This document shows positions 15,566 through 30,674 of a stretch of DNA of 64,000 nt, piece by piece. A program made the translations under genes and the position numbers. The stretch spans positions 78,616,001-78,680,000 of the forward strand of contig OX597820.1 in NCBI GenBank assembly GCA_951406725.2, in the 5' to 3' direction. How positions within the stretch are numbered: the stretch's first letter is position 1; every line of letters starts with the position of its first letter. Source of the stretch: Octopus vulgaris (taxonomy: Eukaryota). The notes beneath the pieces are model-generated. The model was not told where the DNA came from. It saw only the letters and a program-made list of their open reading frames with translations, and did no database searches.

Positions 15566-16421
15566 TTCTTTCCTACTCAAGGCACAAGGCCCGAAATTTT
15601 GGGGGAGGGGGCCAGTTGATTAGATCGACCCCAGTACGAAACTGGTACTTAATTTATCGATCCCGAAAGGATGAAAGGCAAAGTCGACCTCGGCGGAATT
15701 TGAAATCATAACGTAACGACGGGCGAAATACCGCTAAGCATTTTGTCCGGCGTGCTAACGATTCTGCCAACTCGCCGCCTTGTCACAGGACATATATTCT
15801 TTTCTGCTCTAGGTACAAGGCCCGAAATTTGCTTGGCGTGGGCCAGTAGATAAGATCGATCCTAGTACAATACTGGTACTGAATTTATCAACACCGAAAG
15901 GATGAAAGGCAAAGTCGACCTCGGCGGAATTTGAACTCAGAACGTAAAGGCAGACCAAATACCTATTTCTATTTCTTTACTACCCACAAGGGGCTAAACA
16001 CAGAGCGGACAAACAAGGACAGACAAACGGATTAAGTCGATTATATCGACCCCAGTACGTAACTGGTACTTAATTTATCGACCCCGAAAGGATGAAAGGC
16101 AAAGTCGACCGCGGCGGAATTTGAACTCAGAACGTAACGGCAGACGAAATACGGCTACGCATTTTCGCCCGGCGTGCTAACGTTTCTTATTTCTTTATTG
16201 CCCACAAGGGGCTAAACACAGAGCGGACGAACAAGGACAGACAAACGGATTAAGTCGATTATGTCGACCCCCAGTGCGTAACTGGTACTTATTTAATCGA
16301 CCCCGAAAAGATGAAAGGCAAAGTCAACATCGGCGGAATTTGAACTCAGAACGTAGCGGCAGACGAAATACGGCTACGCATTTCGCCCGATGTGCTAACG
16401 TTTCTGCCAGCTCGCCGCCTT
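15566..16421 (-). mobile_element. Two tandem SINE family B insertions (monomer plus trimer)
   Basis: Two 5' heads (ctcgccgcctt ending at about 15781 and 16421) and repeated internal units. Confidence 0.9.
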
Positions 16422-16588
16422 GTCACAGTATATATATTGTCCGACGAAGGCTGGCAGGCTGAAGCTTCGAAGTCACTGTCACTGTTCTTATAAAAGTTTA
16501 ATAAATATGTACTCTACAAAAAAGTAGTTAGTGATTCTTCAGTTTGATGCTAAAGTGCTTAAATTATAACTCAACATAAAAACAAACA

Positions 16589-16636
<48 letters not shown>

Positions 16637-17174
16637 GACTGAAAGATATGTAAAAACACACACACACACACACGTGCACACATATTTACACGCAAACAAA
16701 TTCAAGTACACAATTTGTTGCCATTTCGAAATGACATTTGAAGCATCTGATTTCGCCATCGTTGATAGACAGTCAGTTTATATTTCGTTCAATTATTTAT
16801 TTTAACATTTAACCTTTGTATATTGCGGAAAAAAATAATCACGTTTTTAATTTGAATTATTTTAATGTTTTAATGTGTTTTGTCATCGTCTAGAAGATTT
16901 TGTATGTCAAAGCGAAATAGCTGAGTTGTTAATTCTAAGATCAACATAAGATTATTAATTCATTCAATCATTTCTTGAGTACAAAAGAAACTTATTCTGG
17001 TGCACGCATGGTTCTGGTAAAGAAGCTCGATTTACAGCGATGAGGTTTCAGGTTCTGCCACAGTGCACAGTACCTTGAGCAAGTACCTTTATTCTATAAG
17101 CCTGATCCGACCAATGTCTCGGGAGTCAATTTTGTAGTCGCAAACTGTCTGGAAGCTCATCGTGTGTGTGCGTG

Positions 17175-17268
<94 letters not shown>

Positions 17269-17477
17269 CGATATGAAATAGTGTACGTTTAAACAGAAGA
17301 GAAAACAGCCTTCAACAGGCAGTTTTTACACGCTAGAAGAAGCAGTCAAAACGACCAAAACCACATTTAAAGAGGGATGAAAAATAAAAACTTTTTACCT
17401 TGTTATTTTATTCCGGTCAGACCTAGGCTTCTAATTTTTTTTAGCAAATAAAATAATTTGCTGGTCGAATTTTTCAT

Positions 17478-20231
<2,754 letters not shown>

Positions 20232-20233
20232 AT

Positions 20234-20635
<402 letters not shown>

Positions 20636-20730
20636 TTACATTCTGTTCACCTAACTTGGATGTGTGCGGACTGCACCGAACTGGCAAGGTGCCTCAACTT
20701 AAGTACCTAAATCAACTGTATCTTAATTAT

Positions 20731-20788
<58 letters not shown>

Positions 20789-20868
20789 CTTAAATGTTGA
20801 AGTGAATCGAACGGCTTTAGTGTGTTTCTTAAATGGCTTATAAACACCTTCCACGCTGCAATTGTTTT

Positions 20869-20918
<50 letters not shown>

Positions 20919-20929
20919 CACGCACAGTG

Positions 20930-21715
20930 AGCTTAAATATAGATAAGCCTGCACAGTGAGCTTCCAGTGAGGTGGAACCCCGTCCTGTTGAAAAATGAAG
21001 TCTTCCTGTTCATTTGCAATGAGTTCATCCATTACCCAGTTCTGAAGCATTTGCAGATAAACATCACCGGTTACATTGCCCTCAAAGAAAAACGGGCCAT
21101 GAAGAAGCTTCTTGGAGATTGCGCAAAACACTTTCACTTTCGGTGCGTTCCTCTCATTCTCAACTGTGGCATGGGGATTTTCTTCGCCCCAAATTCGAAC
21201 ATTAATGCTTATTGACTTTGCCATTCGTATGAAATGTGGCCTCATCACTGAAAACAAGACGTTCCTTGAACTCGGCTTCTTCAACTTTCTCTTGCATATC
21301 AACACAGAATTGTGTGCACTTTCGCTTGTCGTCTGCTGTTATGGCCTGAACGAGCTGCAGCTTGTTGGCTTTCATTAATAAGCGTTTCCTCAGGGCGCGC
21401 CAAATTGTCACTGGAGGAATCTGGGTTTCCAGACTTCTTCTTATGGACTTCTTGCGGTTTCGGAAGAGTCTTTGGCGAACCCGCTCAACCGTTTCTTCCG
21501 ATGTTAGTGGTCATCCAAATCCTTTTGCCCTCCAACACATAAAACACCTTTTCTCTTCCAGTGAATGCCATTTCTATACCTAAAAAGATAAACATATCAA
21601 ACATTAGACATAAAATTTTGACCTGTTTCTACACATGTTAAAATTTGAAGTCATTTGAACAAGAACTGGTCAAGTTATTAAATTGTGAAATATCAAATTT
21701 TTTAAAACTCCTTGA
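20930..21715 (-). mobile_element. Tc1/mariner-superfamily transposase relic (rosa/DD41D-like), 3'-truncated
   Basis: VFSDEATFHTNGKVNKH, then after a frameshift NVRIWGEENPH...KVKVFCAIS...GPFFFE...YLQML...FIFQQDGVPPHW. The third catalytic residue is lost, so the subfamily is tentative. Confidence 0.85.
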
Positions 21716-21749
21716 TACATATATGTATGTATGTATGTATGCATGTATG

Positions 21750-21802
<53 letters not shown>

Positions 21803-21814
21803 GCATACATACAT

Positions 21815-21846
<32 letters not shown>

Positions 21847-23185
21847 CAACTACATGCGTTACGTATATATGTGTGTGGAGGGTGGTATGTGTATGTGCAT
21901 ATTTAAATATGTGTGAATATATGTGTGCCTGTGTAATATCATTATGTTATCTTTAATTGCTTCTTCCTTTCATTAGACACTTGTACTACTATAGCCTCTC
22001 ATTTTCCCCTTTATTTCTATCTATGGCGTTTTTCTCAGATTTCTGTAATTATCCTTATTCATTCTACCATATATAAGGTCAAACTTGAAACTACTAATTT
22101 ATTTCGCATGTAATGACTGAAGAGGGTAATATCTGTGTAACAATTTACTACGTAACCGCTTGAAACGTACGAATTAAATGCATACAAAATATCATCAATT
22201 AGTTTTTATTATTATTCTCGTATTATAAGACTCGTGTTAATAAGAATCTAGCCAATCCCTCCGAGGATAAAACGGCTTATAGCAGCATATAAGTATAGAA
22301 GTGACACGTTGATCTGAACTCCAAGTCGAAAATAGCTGGAAGAGTGTACTGCATCAAGATATATTCGTGGATATATGTGCGTTTGTGCGTGTATGTGCGT
22401 GTGTGTTTGAATATATGCGTGTACATATAAATATATATGGGGGTGTTCTTTGTTTTAACAAACCCAGAAGGATGAGAGACAAAGTTGGCTTCAGGAGTGA
22501 TTGAACTCAGAACACAGAGGACTGCAACAAAAGCGCGAGGTAGTTGAGCAATAATATATAATTAAATAAATATTTGCTGTTTTTTTTCTTCTTTTCGCTT
22601 ACATTTCAACACAGACATTGATTGATACTACATCAATATTAATACACAAATATACATTTAATAAGATAAATAGTCCATATTTTTATTATGAAGATGTCTG
22701 GGTGTTTTTTTAATGTTTGCTTTTTCAAAAGAGAAAGCGGTGGGGGTAAACGCCGGACTAAATGAATTAAAAACTTAAAGGACGAAGTTATTTCGATTAC
22801 TAGTTATAATAAATAAGTATTGATGAAAGAGATTAAATTATATGCTGCTGTTATACATTAAAGTCGATATCCTGCTGATTCTGCCATAACTGCCGCTATT
22901 TAAAATGTAGGTATTGATTTTTGTTTTTACTCGGTTCAAAACCAGATTTTTTTTTTTTTTAGGAAAATGTAAGCGTCGATAGAATTGATTTGAAAAGTCG
23001 GTTGACTTGTGATATGTCGATCATCAGAGAACAAAAAAAAAGAAAAGGAAAAAGATCATAACCAGTACTGCTGAAATTTGAACTTTGAATGACAAGTTGG
23101 CGTCTTAGTTAAAGCTCTGGAGACTCCTGTCATAGATGACAGATAAAGGCTCTGCAAATTCTTGCCTAATAACCTACATAGATGG

Positions 23186-23788
23186 GGCGGCGAGCTTAGC
23201 AGTATTTCATCTGCCGCTACGTTCTGAGTTCAAATTCCGCCGAGGTCGACTTTGCCTTTCATCCTTTCGGGGTCGATTAAATAAGTACCAGTTACGCACT
23301 GGGGTCGATGTAATCGACTTAATCCGTTTGTCTGTCCTTGTTTGTCCCCTCTGTGTGTAGCCCCTTCTGGGCAATAAAGAAATAAGAAACGTTAACACGC
23401 CGGGCGAAATGCTTTGCGGTATTTCGTCTGCCGTTACGTTCTGAGTTCGAATTCCGCCGAGGTTGACTTTGCCTTTCATCCTTTCGGGGTCGATTAAATA
23501 AGTACCAGTTACGCACTGGGGTCGATATAATCGACTTAATCCGTTTGTCTGTCCTTGTTCGACCCCTCTGTGTGTAGCCCCTTGTGGGTAGTAAAGAAAT
23601 AGGTATTTCGTCTGTCTTTACGTTCTGTGTTTAAATTCCGTTGAGGTCGACTTTACTTTCATTCTTTCAGGGTCGATTAGATAAGTACCAGTTACGCACT
23701 GGGGTTGATGTAATCGACTTAACCCCTTTGTCTGTCTTTGTTTGTCCTCTCTATGTTTATCCCCCCCCCCGTGGGCAATGAAGAAATA
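23186..23788 (+). mobile_element. SINE family B trimer with 18-bp TSD
   Basis: Three units. The flanking repeat aataacctacatagatgg lies at 23168-23185 and 23789-23806. Confidence 0.9.
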
Positions 23789-23819
23789 AATAACCTACAT
23801 AGATGGTTTAATTACAATT

Positions 23820-24520
23820 ATCAAATGTATGTGCTTTACTCACTCCCTCCATCAAATTCGCATCGCCTGTATAAATGAACGGTGCACCACACGTCAGATG
23901 TCTCAGTCGTTACAAATTACACCGCCCAGTCTCCAAGTCAAAACTACGATCGGAAGATCTCAAGTGCAACACCCTACCTACTAATCCACATGCCTACACT
24001 AGTTAAAGCAAAAAACGACCTAAAAGTAACTAATATCGATCTGTCTTATGAACGTGACGAATACTTACAAGTATAGTCGCTTAAATTGATCCGAGTTTAT
24101 GGCTAGCTAGAAATTATTTTTATTAAGTTTACCACTGGAACTTATTGTATCAAAATAGCTCCGTTTTCAATTTTACTAGTATTATTTTCGTATTATATCC
24201 GATTGAAATGACTGCAATCAAATCCCAGAGGTATTGATAGAAATTATTTTCAGAATCTTGTCTTTCCCATGACTAGTTCAAAACGAAACCAATACTTATT
24301 TCACTACGTGTAGAGTAAGTACGGAGCGAGAGATAAACAATATGTGAAACGGAACCAAGATTAGTTACGTTCTTCGATCCGAGCCATTTCACTTCAATTA
24401 TGCCAATAATTGTTTTGAAGAATCCAAGATGTTACAGCTAAGCATTCCCCCCACTTGTTGCAAAAGTATAGGGGCCTCTTTTCCTAGTCAGAGAAAGCCA
24501 ATACTTACGACTATGTTATT
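23820..24520 (-). mobile_element. Highly degenerate Helitron helicase-region fragment
   Basis: Minus-strand TGDANLMEGVSKAHTF (23870-23823) resembles the Pif1-type SGIAATLL.GG.TAHS.F. Upstream INSDQ and GRFFAL fall in the expected order. Confidence 0.45.
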
Positions 24521-24725
24521 AGTCTACATTATTCCTTTGCATTGTATATGTGTGTGTGTATATTTATATATATATATATATTATATTTATTAATGCACAT
24601 ATATATACATTAATAGATATATATACATGTGTGTGAATATATATATATACATATATTTATTAATACATATATATATACATACACATATATATGTGTGTGT
24701 GTGTATATATATATCTATACATATA

Positions 24726-24800
<75 letters not shown>

Positions 24801-25293
24801 AAACAGCGCATTCTCACTATGAACTGTTGTTGCTTTAAGCTTAAAGAAATATATATTATTTTTCTATACAAGTTAGAAAAGATAGCTTCTATCGCTTAAG
24901 CCATGTAAAACAGATAAATATGATTTATATTGGAAATCAATTGCTCGTAATCTGAACATTTGAGCGTGTTTCTTGCTGAAAGCGCAAGATATTCATTCAC
25001 CCACTAAATATTTTGTTCCATCATCTTATGTGCCTCTTCATTATATATATTATGTACATATATACATGTGTGTGCGTGAATGTTTGTTATTATATTTTTG
25101 TTACAATAACATTCAATCCATGCTATAACTGCGAGCAAGTTATCACAAGAGATGCAGGAAAATGGCGCTGTAAATGAACAAAATATTTCATCAGCTTTAC
25201 GCCTGAGAAATTGAATGTAAACAACGCTTCGGTCGACCAGGTGGGAGGATGTGGAAGAAAATAAAATGAACAATAGCAACAATGACAACGTAG

Positions 25294-25713
25294 ATTATTG
25301 TTATTATTGCCTGGAGATGTACTACAGTGTCAGCTATTCACTACCAGTGGACTAAGGTAACACCTCTTATTTTTCGAACACCTTCCGGAGTATTCGTGCG
25401 GTTCCAAGCAATGCTGTTTTCTGCAAGTGTTCCGCCCTTATTGCAGCCCCTATTTGTTCCACGTACTTCTCGAGATTTTTGCTCACTGTTCCCAGTGTTC
25501 CAATTATTGGTACTACTACCAACTTTTTCATCGACCACAACTGCTTAACCTCCCAAGCTAATCTGTCATATCTATCGACTTTTCTTTCTTCCTTATCGCA
25601 TACCTTGTTTTCAGTTGGGCATACTATATCTATGATCCAGCATAGTTTGCTTTCTTTCTCAATTAAGACTATATCTGGCTTCCTATTCTCTACCTCATGG
25701 TCGCACTGAATCA
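25294..25713 (-). mobile_element. R4/Dong-like non-LTR retrotransposon 3' end (restriction-like endonuclease)
   Basis: IQCDHEVENRKPDIVLIEK...IIDIVCP...EERKVDRY...VVPIIGTLG...LQKTALLGTARILRKV is a PD-(D/E)xK RLE. A short taa-type tail follows. Confidence 0.9.
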
Positions 25714-25779
<66 letters not shown>

Positions 25780-25799
25780 CATCATTATTATTATTATTA
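25714..25799. repeat. (TTA/TAA)n microsatellite
   Basis: Read directly from the sequence. Confidence 0.95.
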
Positions 25800-26215
25800 C
25801 TGAGTGAGAGAGCAGTGTATGCCATCAAAGTGATACTGGGGTAAAATATACGAAGCCCAGTATACCCATCATGACTACCCGTCTGATAAGGGTACACTAG
25901 GCACATGCATCACAACCATATGTGCGCGACATGGTGATCTCATATCAAGATAAACAGAACATGACCTTGCAGGTGAGGCCCAGTTAGAATTTTCTTCTGG
26001 TCGAGTAACCCATCCCGCTCAAAAGGTCCCTGAATAAGGGTTGTTTAAGGATGTTGAACGAAACACTCATGATTCCAAAGGTGAATTATCCAAACCCCAA
26101 AGAATCTCTCTCAACACATGGCTATGATGCTCCCCCACTACTTCTGCTCGTGATCAGAGATGCACATAGCGTCAGCCACTAAGAGACATGCTCAACTGCT
26201 TAAGGTCAAACAAAT
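25800..26215 (-). mobile_element. 3' region of a (TAA)n-tailed retroelement
   Basis: Ends ...ctctctcactcag-(taa)n on the minus strand. The same terminus recurs truncated at 27783-27827, again next to (tta)n. Confidence 0.65.
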
Positions 26216-26224
26216 CTTATCTGA

Positions 26225-26650
26225 TACGTTTAAGACAGGAAGACTAGGTAGCGAAACTAACAGCAGGAAATCCATTTGAAAAAGTCAAAACTGATCGACG
26301 TATTTTCCACGGTAGCATCCTATTACATCCACTGATTGTCATTTCCCTTACTCGCCAAAGAAATGGCAAAAGTAAAAACTGAATACGTGGGAGGAAAAGA
26401 TCAGGAAATAGTTAACCATTTGCTGTTCATGAGCTGACCTAAAAGTTTATGACAAGACTGAGAAGGAATTGGATACAATTGTCGGTACAGTGTGCGTTTA
26501 ACAATAAGTAACTGGATGAAATTTAATCTGTCTAAGTATGGAGTCGTTGTGATGAAGAATGAGGAATATAATAAAAATTGACGGAATAAATCTATCAAGT
26601 GAGAAGATACCGGAGATTTATGCAGATATTGGATATAAATATCCATCAGC
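26225..26650 (+). mobile_element. Old R4/Dong-like reverse transcriptase fragment
   Basis: VKTDRRIFHGSILLHPL resembles RRGIFQGDSLSPL. VNHLLFMS resembles NHLLFMDD. KVYDKTEKELDTIV and MKFNLSKY resemble the M.FG..KC region. The fragment is frameshifted. Confidence 0.7.
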
Positions 26651-26798
26651 CTTAGAAACTACGGAACACATACTACCACAGAAGCAGAAGCAGAAGCATT
26701 GACCTTGTCTATATATTCTGTCCGCCAGTATTCGCATGAGTGTTGAATGAAGTAACCAACCCCCCTCTCATTTCCACACTCTCTCTCTCTTTCTCTCT

Positions 26799-26890
<92 letters not shown>

Positions 26891-26891
<1 letters not shown>

Positions 26892-27062
26892 GGCGCAGGC
26901 GTGGATGTGTGGTAAGAAGCTTTGCTTCCCAACCACATGGTTCCGAGTTCAGTTCCACTGCGTGGTATCTTAGGTAAATGTCTTCTCTTATAGGTTTAGG
27001 CCAACCAAGGCTTTGTGAGTGGATTTATGGATTTGGTAGACGGAAACTAAAAGAAGCCTGCC

Positions 27063-27063
<1 letters not shown>
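26891..27063 (+). mobile_element. SINE family A head only
   Basis: aggcgcaggcgtggatgtgtggtaagaagc...gagttcagttcc...aagaagcctgccgta is followed by (TA)n. The 3' half is absent. Confidence 0.9.
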
Positions 27064-27103
<40 letters not shown>

Positions 27104-27850
27104 CTATGAGGATATTTAAACTTCTTGTAGGGATAGGTTTATCCTGGTGTAATATATTATATTTTGAAGATGCATTTCTTCAATAAATATATTATAAAAC
27201 ATCAAATATTATAAATAAGATTGAAAATGCAAATGTTAAAGAATTACGCTCTGCAGTTAGTTGTTTCTTGTTGCAAACACAGTGTTTTAATCTTCATTCC
27301 AATTTTTTCCTTCTTCTCCTAATGTGATATGTTGTAATGAAATGGTTTACATTTAGATTTTAGTAAAAGATTACAGAAATTCTCTGATGCAACATACTTT
27401 TCGTGATTGAAACAAAATTTGGCACTTGTATTTAGCTCTTACATAGCATCAGAGTGGTATGGGGAAAAAATTATATAGTCCCTTGTTTTTCTGTCTTTAA
27501 CTTTTGGAAACTTGTTATAAAGATTCTATCTATCTGTCTGTATATTGATGTACAAACATTAGAAAGAGTGCTCAATTCATGTAGTAGAATGTATTTTATA
27601 CACTTAGAAGTGATCATTCACACTGTCATTACTCCGAGTTTCCTGTTATGTGCACTTGTTCAAATGAACACTCAGCTTTGAATGAATGTGTGTGTGGTTG
27701 TGTGAGTGGGAGTTATAATTAAAATTATTTAGTTTTATTCATTGCTAAAATGTTTACATTGATGGAGTACATCAGGAAAAAATATTATTATTATTGAGTG
27801 AGAGACCAGTGCATGCCATCAAAGTGATGGGAAATGAAATTGAGACTTAT

Positions 27851-27933
27851 GTGGTTTGAGCTTGGTAGTATTCAACTAGATGTTGTAGATCGACTCCTTT
27901 CTTTGTGCGGATTTCAATGACTTTTATTAGATA
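27851..27933 (-). pseudogene. ASAP: ASAP-family ArfGAP BAR-domain exon with a mutated splice donor
   Basis: Acceptor ttcttcttctgtttgttcgcag. The 83-nt exon encodes YLIKVIEIRTKKGVDLQHLVEYYQAQT (vertebrate ASAP1, recalled: YLIKVNEIKTKKGVDLLQNLIKYYHAQ). The donor position reads ATAAGT instead of GTAAGT, and read-through meets TAA at once. Confidence 0.9.
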
Positions 27934-28093
27934 CTGCGAACAAACAGAAGAAGAAATTAGACAACTTTAAACGTTCATCTGCTAAAATAAGTCTTTTTAA
28001 AAAAAAAGTCACTACATTACTGACCACCAGTAGATCATATCTTCATATAGTTAATGTATATTTAAGATTTAAGTTTGCAAATGAGAGACTAAC

Positions 28094-29152
28094 AGAAAGT
28101 GTGGGAAGCTAGCAATGCCAAAATCACAGAAAGTATGGAAAACTAGCAATGCAAAAATCACAACGTATGGAAAGCTAGCAATGCCAAAATCACAAAGTAT
28201 GGAAAGCTAGCAATGGCAAAATCACAGAAAGTATGGAAAACTAGCAATGCAAAAATCACAACGTATGGAAAGCTAGCAATGCCAAAATCACAAAGTATGG
28301 AAAGCTAGCAATGGCAAAATCACAAAGTATGGAAAGCTAGCATTGCCAAAATCACAAAGTATGGAAAGATAGCAATGGCAAAATCACAAAGTATGGAAAG
28401 CTAGCAATGGCAAAATCACAGAAAGTATCGAAAACTAGCAATGCCAAAATCACAAAGTATGGAAAACTAGCAGTGCCAAAATCACAAAGTATGGAAAGCT
28501 AGCAGTGCCAAAATCACGAAGTATGGAAACCTAGCAGTGCCAAAATCACAAGGTATGGAAACCTAGCAGTGCCAAAATCACAAAGTATGGAAAGCTAGCA
28601 GTGCCAAAATCACAAAGTATGGAAACCTAGCAGTGACAAAATCACAAAGTATGGAAAGCTAGCAGTGCCAAAATCATAAAGTATGGAAACCTAGCAGTGA
28701 CAAAATCACAAAGTATGGAAACCTGGCAGTGCCAAAATCACAAAGTATGGAAACCTAGCAATGCCAAAATCACAAAGTATGGAAACCTAGCAATGCCAAA
28801 ATCACAAAGTATGGAAAGCTAGCAGTGCCAAAATCATAAAGTATGGAAACCTAGCAGTGACAAAATCACAAAGTATGGAAACCTGGCCGTGCCAAAATCA
28901 CAAAGTATGGAAACCTAGCAATGCCAAAATCACAAAGTATGGAAACCTAGCAATGCCAAAATCACAAAGTATGGAAAGCTAGCAATGCCAAAATCACAAA
29001 GTATGGAAAGCTAGCAGTGCCAAAATCACAAAGTATGGAAAGCTAGCAGTGTCAAAATCACAAAGTATGGAAAGCTAGCAGTGCCAAAATCACAAAGTAT
29101 GGAGAGCTAGCAATGCCAAAATCACATAGTATGGAAAGCTAGCAATGCCAAA
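28094..29152 (+). repeat. 32-bp minisatellite, about 33 copies
   Basis: Unit aaagtatggaaa(g/c)ctagca(a/g)tgccaaaatcac, head to tail with no spacers. Confidence 0.97.
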
Positions 29153-29211
29153 GATTTATGTGGATGCTTATGATATCTGATATGGATAGAATAGGCTACA
29201 CAAATACAACT

Positions 29212-29437
29212 TTAACTCTTGAACATTCAGATTTCTTTGTCAAATGTAAACCTTATTTATTCACATTGTTTTGAATTAATCATGCATCTTCTCATAGCTT
29301 CACAATTTCTATGATGTGGTTGTTTATATTTAGAATGACCTTGTAGTGTAGGTGTGAGACATTGGATCTGCTCAGTTTTAACATAAAACCAGGAGAATAT
29401 CTGGACCAGAAATGGCTGGATTAAATGCTAGAGTTAA
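29212..29437. mobile_element. TTAA-bounded MITE (piggyBac-like ends)
   Basis: Imperfect inverted termini ttaactcttgaacatt ... aatgctagagttaa. Confidence 0.5.
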
Positions 29438-29871
29438 GTCCACTTTCACTATCAAAGCAGGGATTAGCCTAGGGGTCCCATGACTAAATGTTTTTTGGGG
29501 ACTATCTTTTATCCTTTTCTTGTTTCAGTCATTGGACTGTGGTCATCCTGGGGTTCTCTCTTTAAGCGTTTATTACATATACATTAACAATAAGTAGATA
29601 TCAGTTATTAGTGATCAGTTACATAGTGACCTGGTAAACTTGAAATGCCAGTAGTGATGGTCATTATAATAGAGGACAGCTGATCTGTTGATGTCAGTGT
29701 TGGATGGTCAAGAAATATAATGACCAGCTGAATGGTAAAAATACAATTTTCATTCTGATATTTTGTTCATTATATTGTCAATTTTGCAGTGGTAGTAAAG
29801 GTCAGACGAATAAATATTACTAAAGCATTGCTTTACAGTCAGATGCCCGTCCTGTCATTAAAGATACTTAC

Positions 29872-29925
29872 TTCACATGCTTGTAACTGAAACATTTTTC
29901 TTTCTTTTTCCATCTCTTCTGCAAT
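29872..29925 (-). pseudogene. ASAP: ASAP-family ArfGAP BAR-domain exon with intact splice sites
   Basis: Acceptor ttttttctttgttgcag. The 54-nt phase-0 exon encodes IAEEMEKERKMFQLQACE (ASAP1, recalled: IAEEMEKERRLFQLQMCE). Donor GTAAGT. It splices in frame to the exon starting at 27933. Confidence 0.92.
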
Positions 29926-30229
29926 CTGCAACAAAGAAAAAAAGGAATTCTTCTGATTTTCATTTATGCATTACACTTTACCATTTCTCACTCTCTTTCT
30001 CCGTAATTGTGTGTGCAATTACACACACACGCACAAAACATGTATGTATGAATGGATGAATGGATGGATGATTGGATGAATGAGTGAAAGAATGAATAAA
30101 ATGTCAATTGCCTTAGTGTTTAGCATGTCTGCACAATTTATGGTGTGTCTGGATTATGATTCCAGTAGGCACTGAAAAACATTTTTGTCCAACCCATGCA
30201 AGCATGGAACATGATTATATGCATACATG

Positions 30230-30267
<38 letters not shown>

Positions 30268-30268
30268 T

Positions 30269-30429
30269 ACGACTTCTTTCAGTTTCCATCTACCAAATCC
30301 ACTCACAAGGCTTTGGTTGGCCCAAGGCTATAGTAGAAGACACTTGCCCATGGTGCCACGCAATGGAACTGAACCCAGAACCATGTGGTTCGTAAGCAAG
30401 CTACTTACGACACAGCCACTCCTACGCCT
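30269..30429 (-). mobile_element. SINE family A head only
   Basis: Reverse complement of the head (...cacagccactcctacgcct), abutting (TA)n. The 3' half is absent. Confidence 0.9.
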
Positions 30430-30453
30430 ATATATATAAATTTGAAATATATA

Positions 30454-30489
<36 letters not shown>

Positions 30490-30523
30490 TGTATGTATGT
30501 ATGTATGTATGTGTGTATGTATG

Positions 30524-30573
<50 letters not shown>

Positions 30574-30674
30574 TGTATATATATATATATATATATATTT
30601 ATCATTAATTATTTTATTTGCTAATATAGAGTCAGAAACCATGGGCCAGGAGATAGATGGTATTTTTTGTTTCA

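Noticed and set aside
25367-25906. 179-aa poly-Asn endonuclease fusion protein
   Set aside because: It is a chance read-through from one element's 3' end across (TAA)n into another element's truncated RLE.
28094-29152. CRISPR-like array of 32-bp repeats
   Set aside because: The units are directly adjacent with no unique spacers, there are no cas genes, and the context is eukaryotic. The unit is also not a multiple of 3 and contains stops, so it is not a coding repeat.
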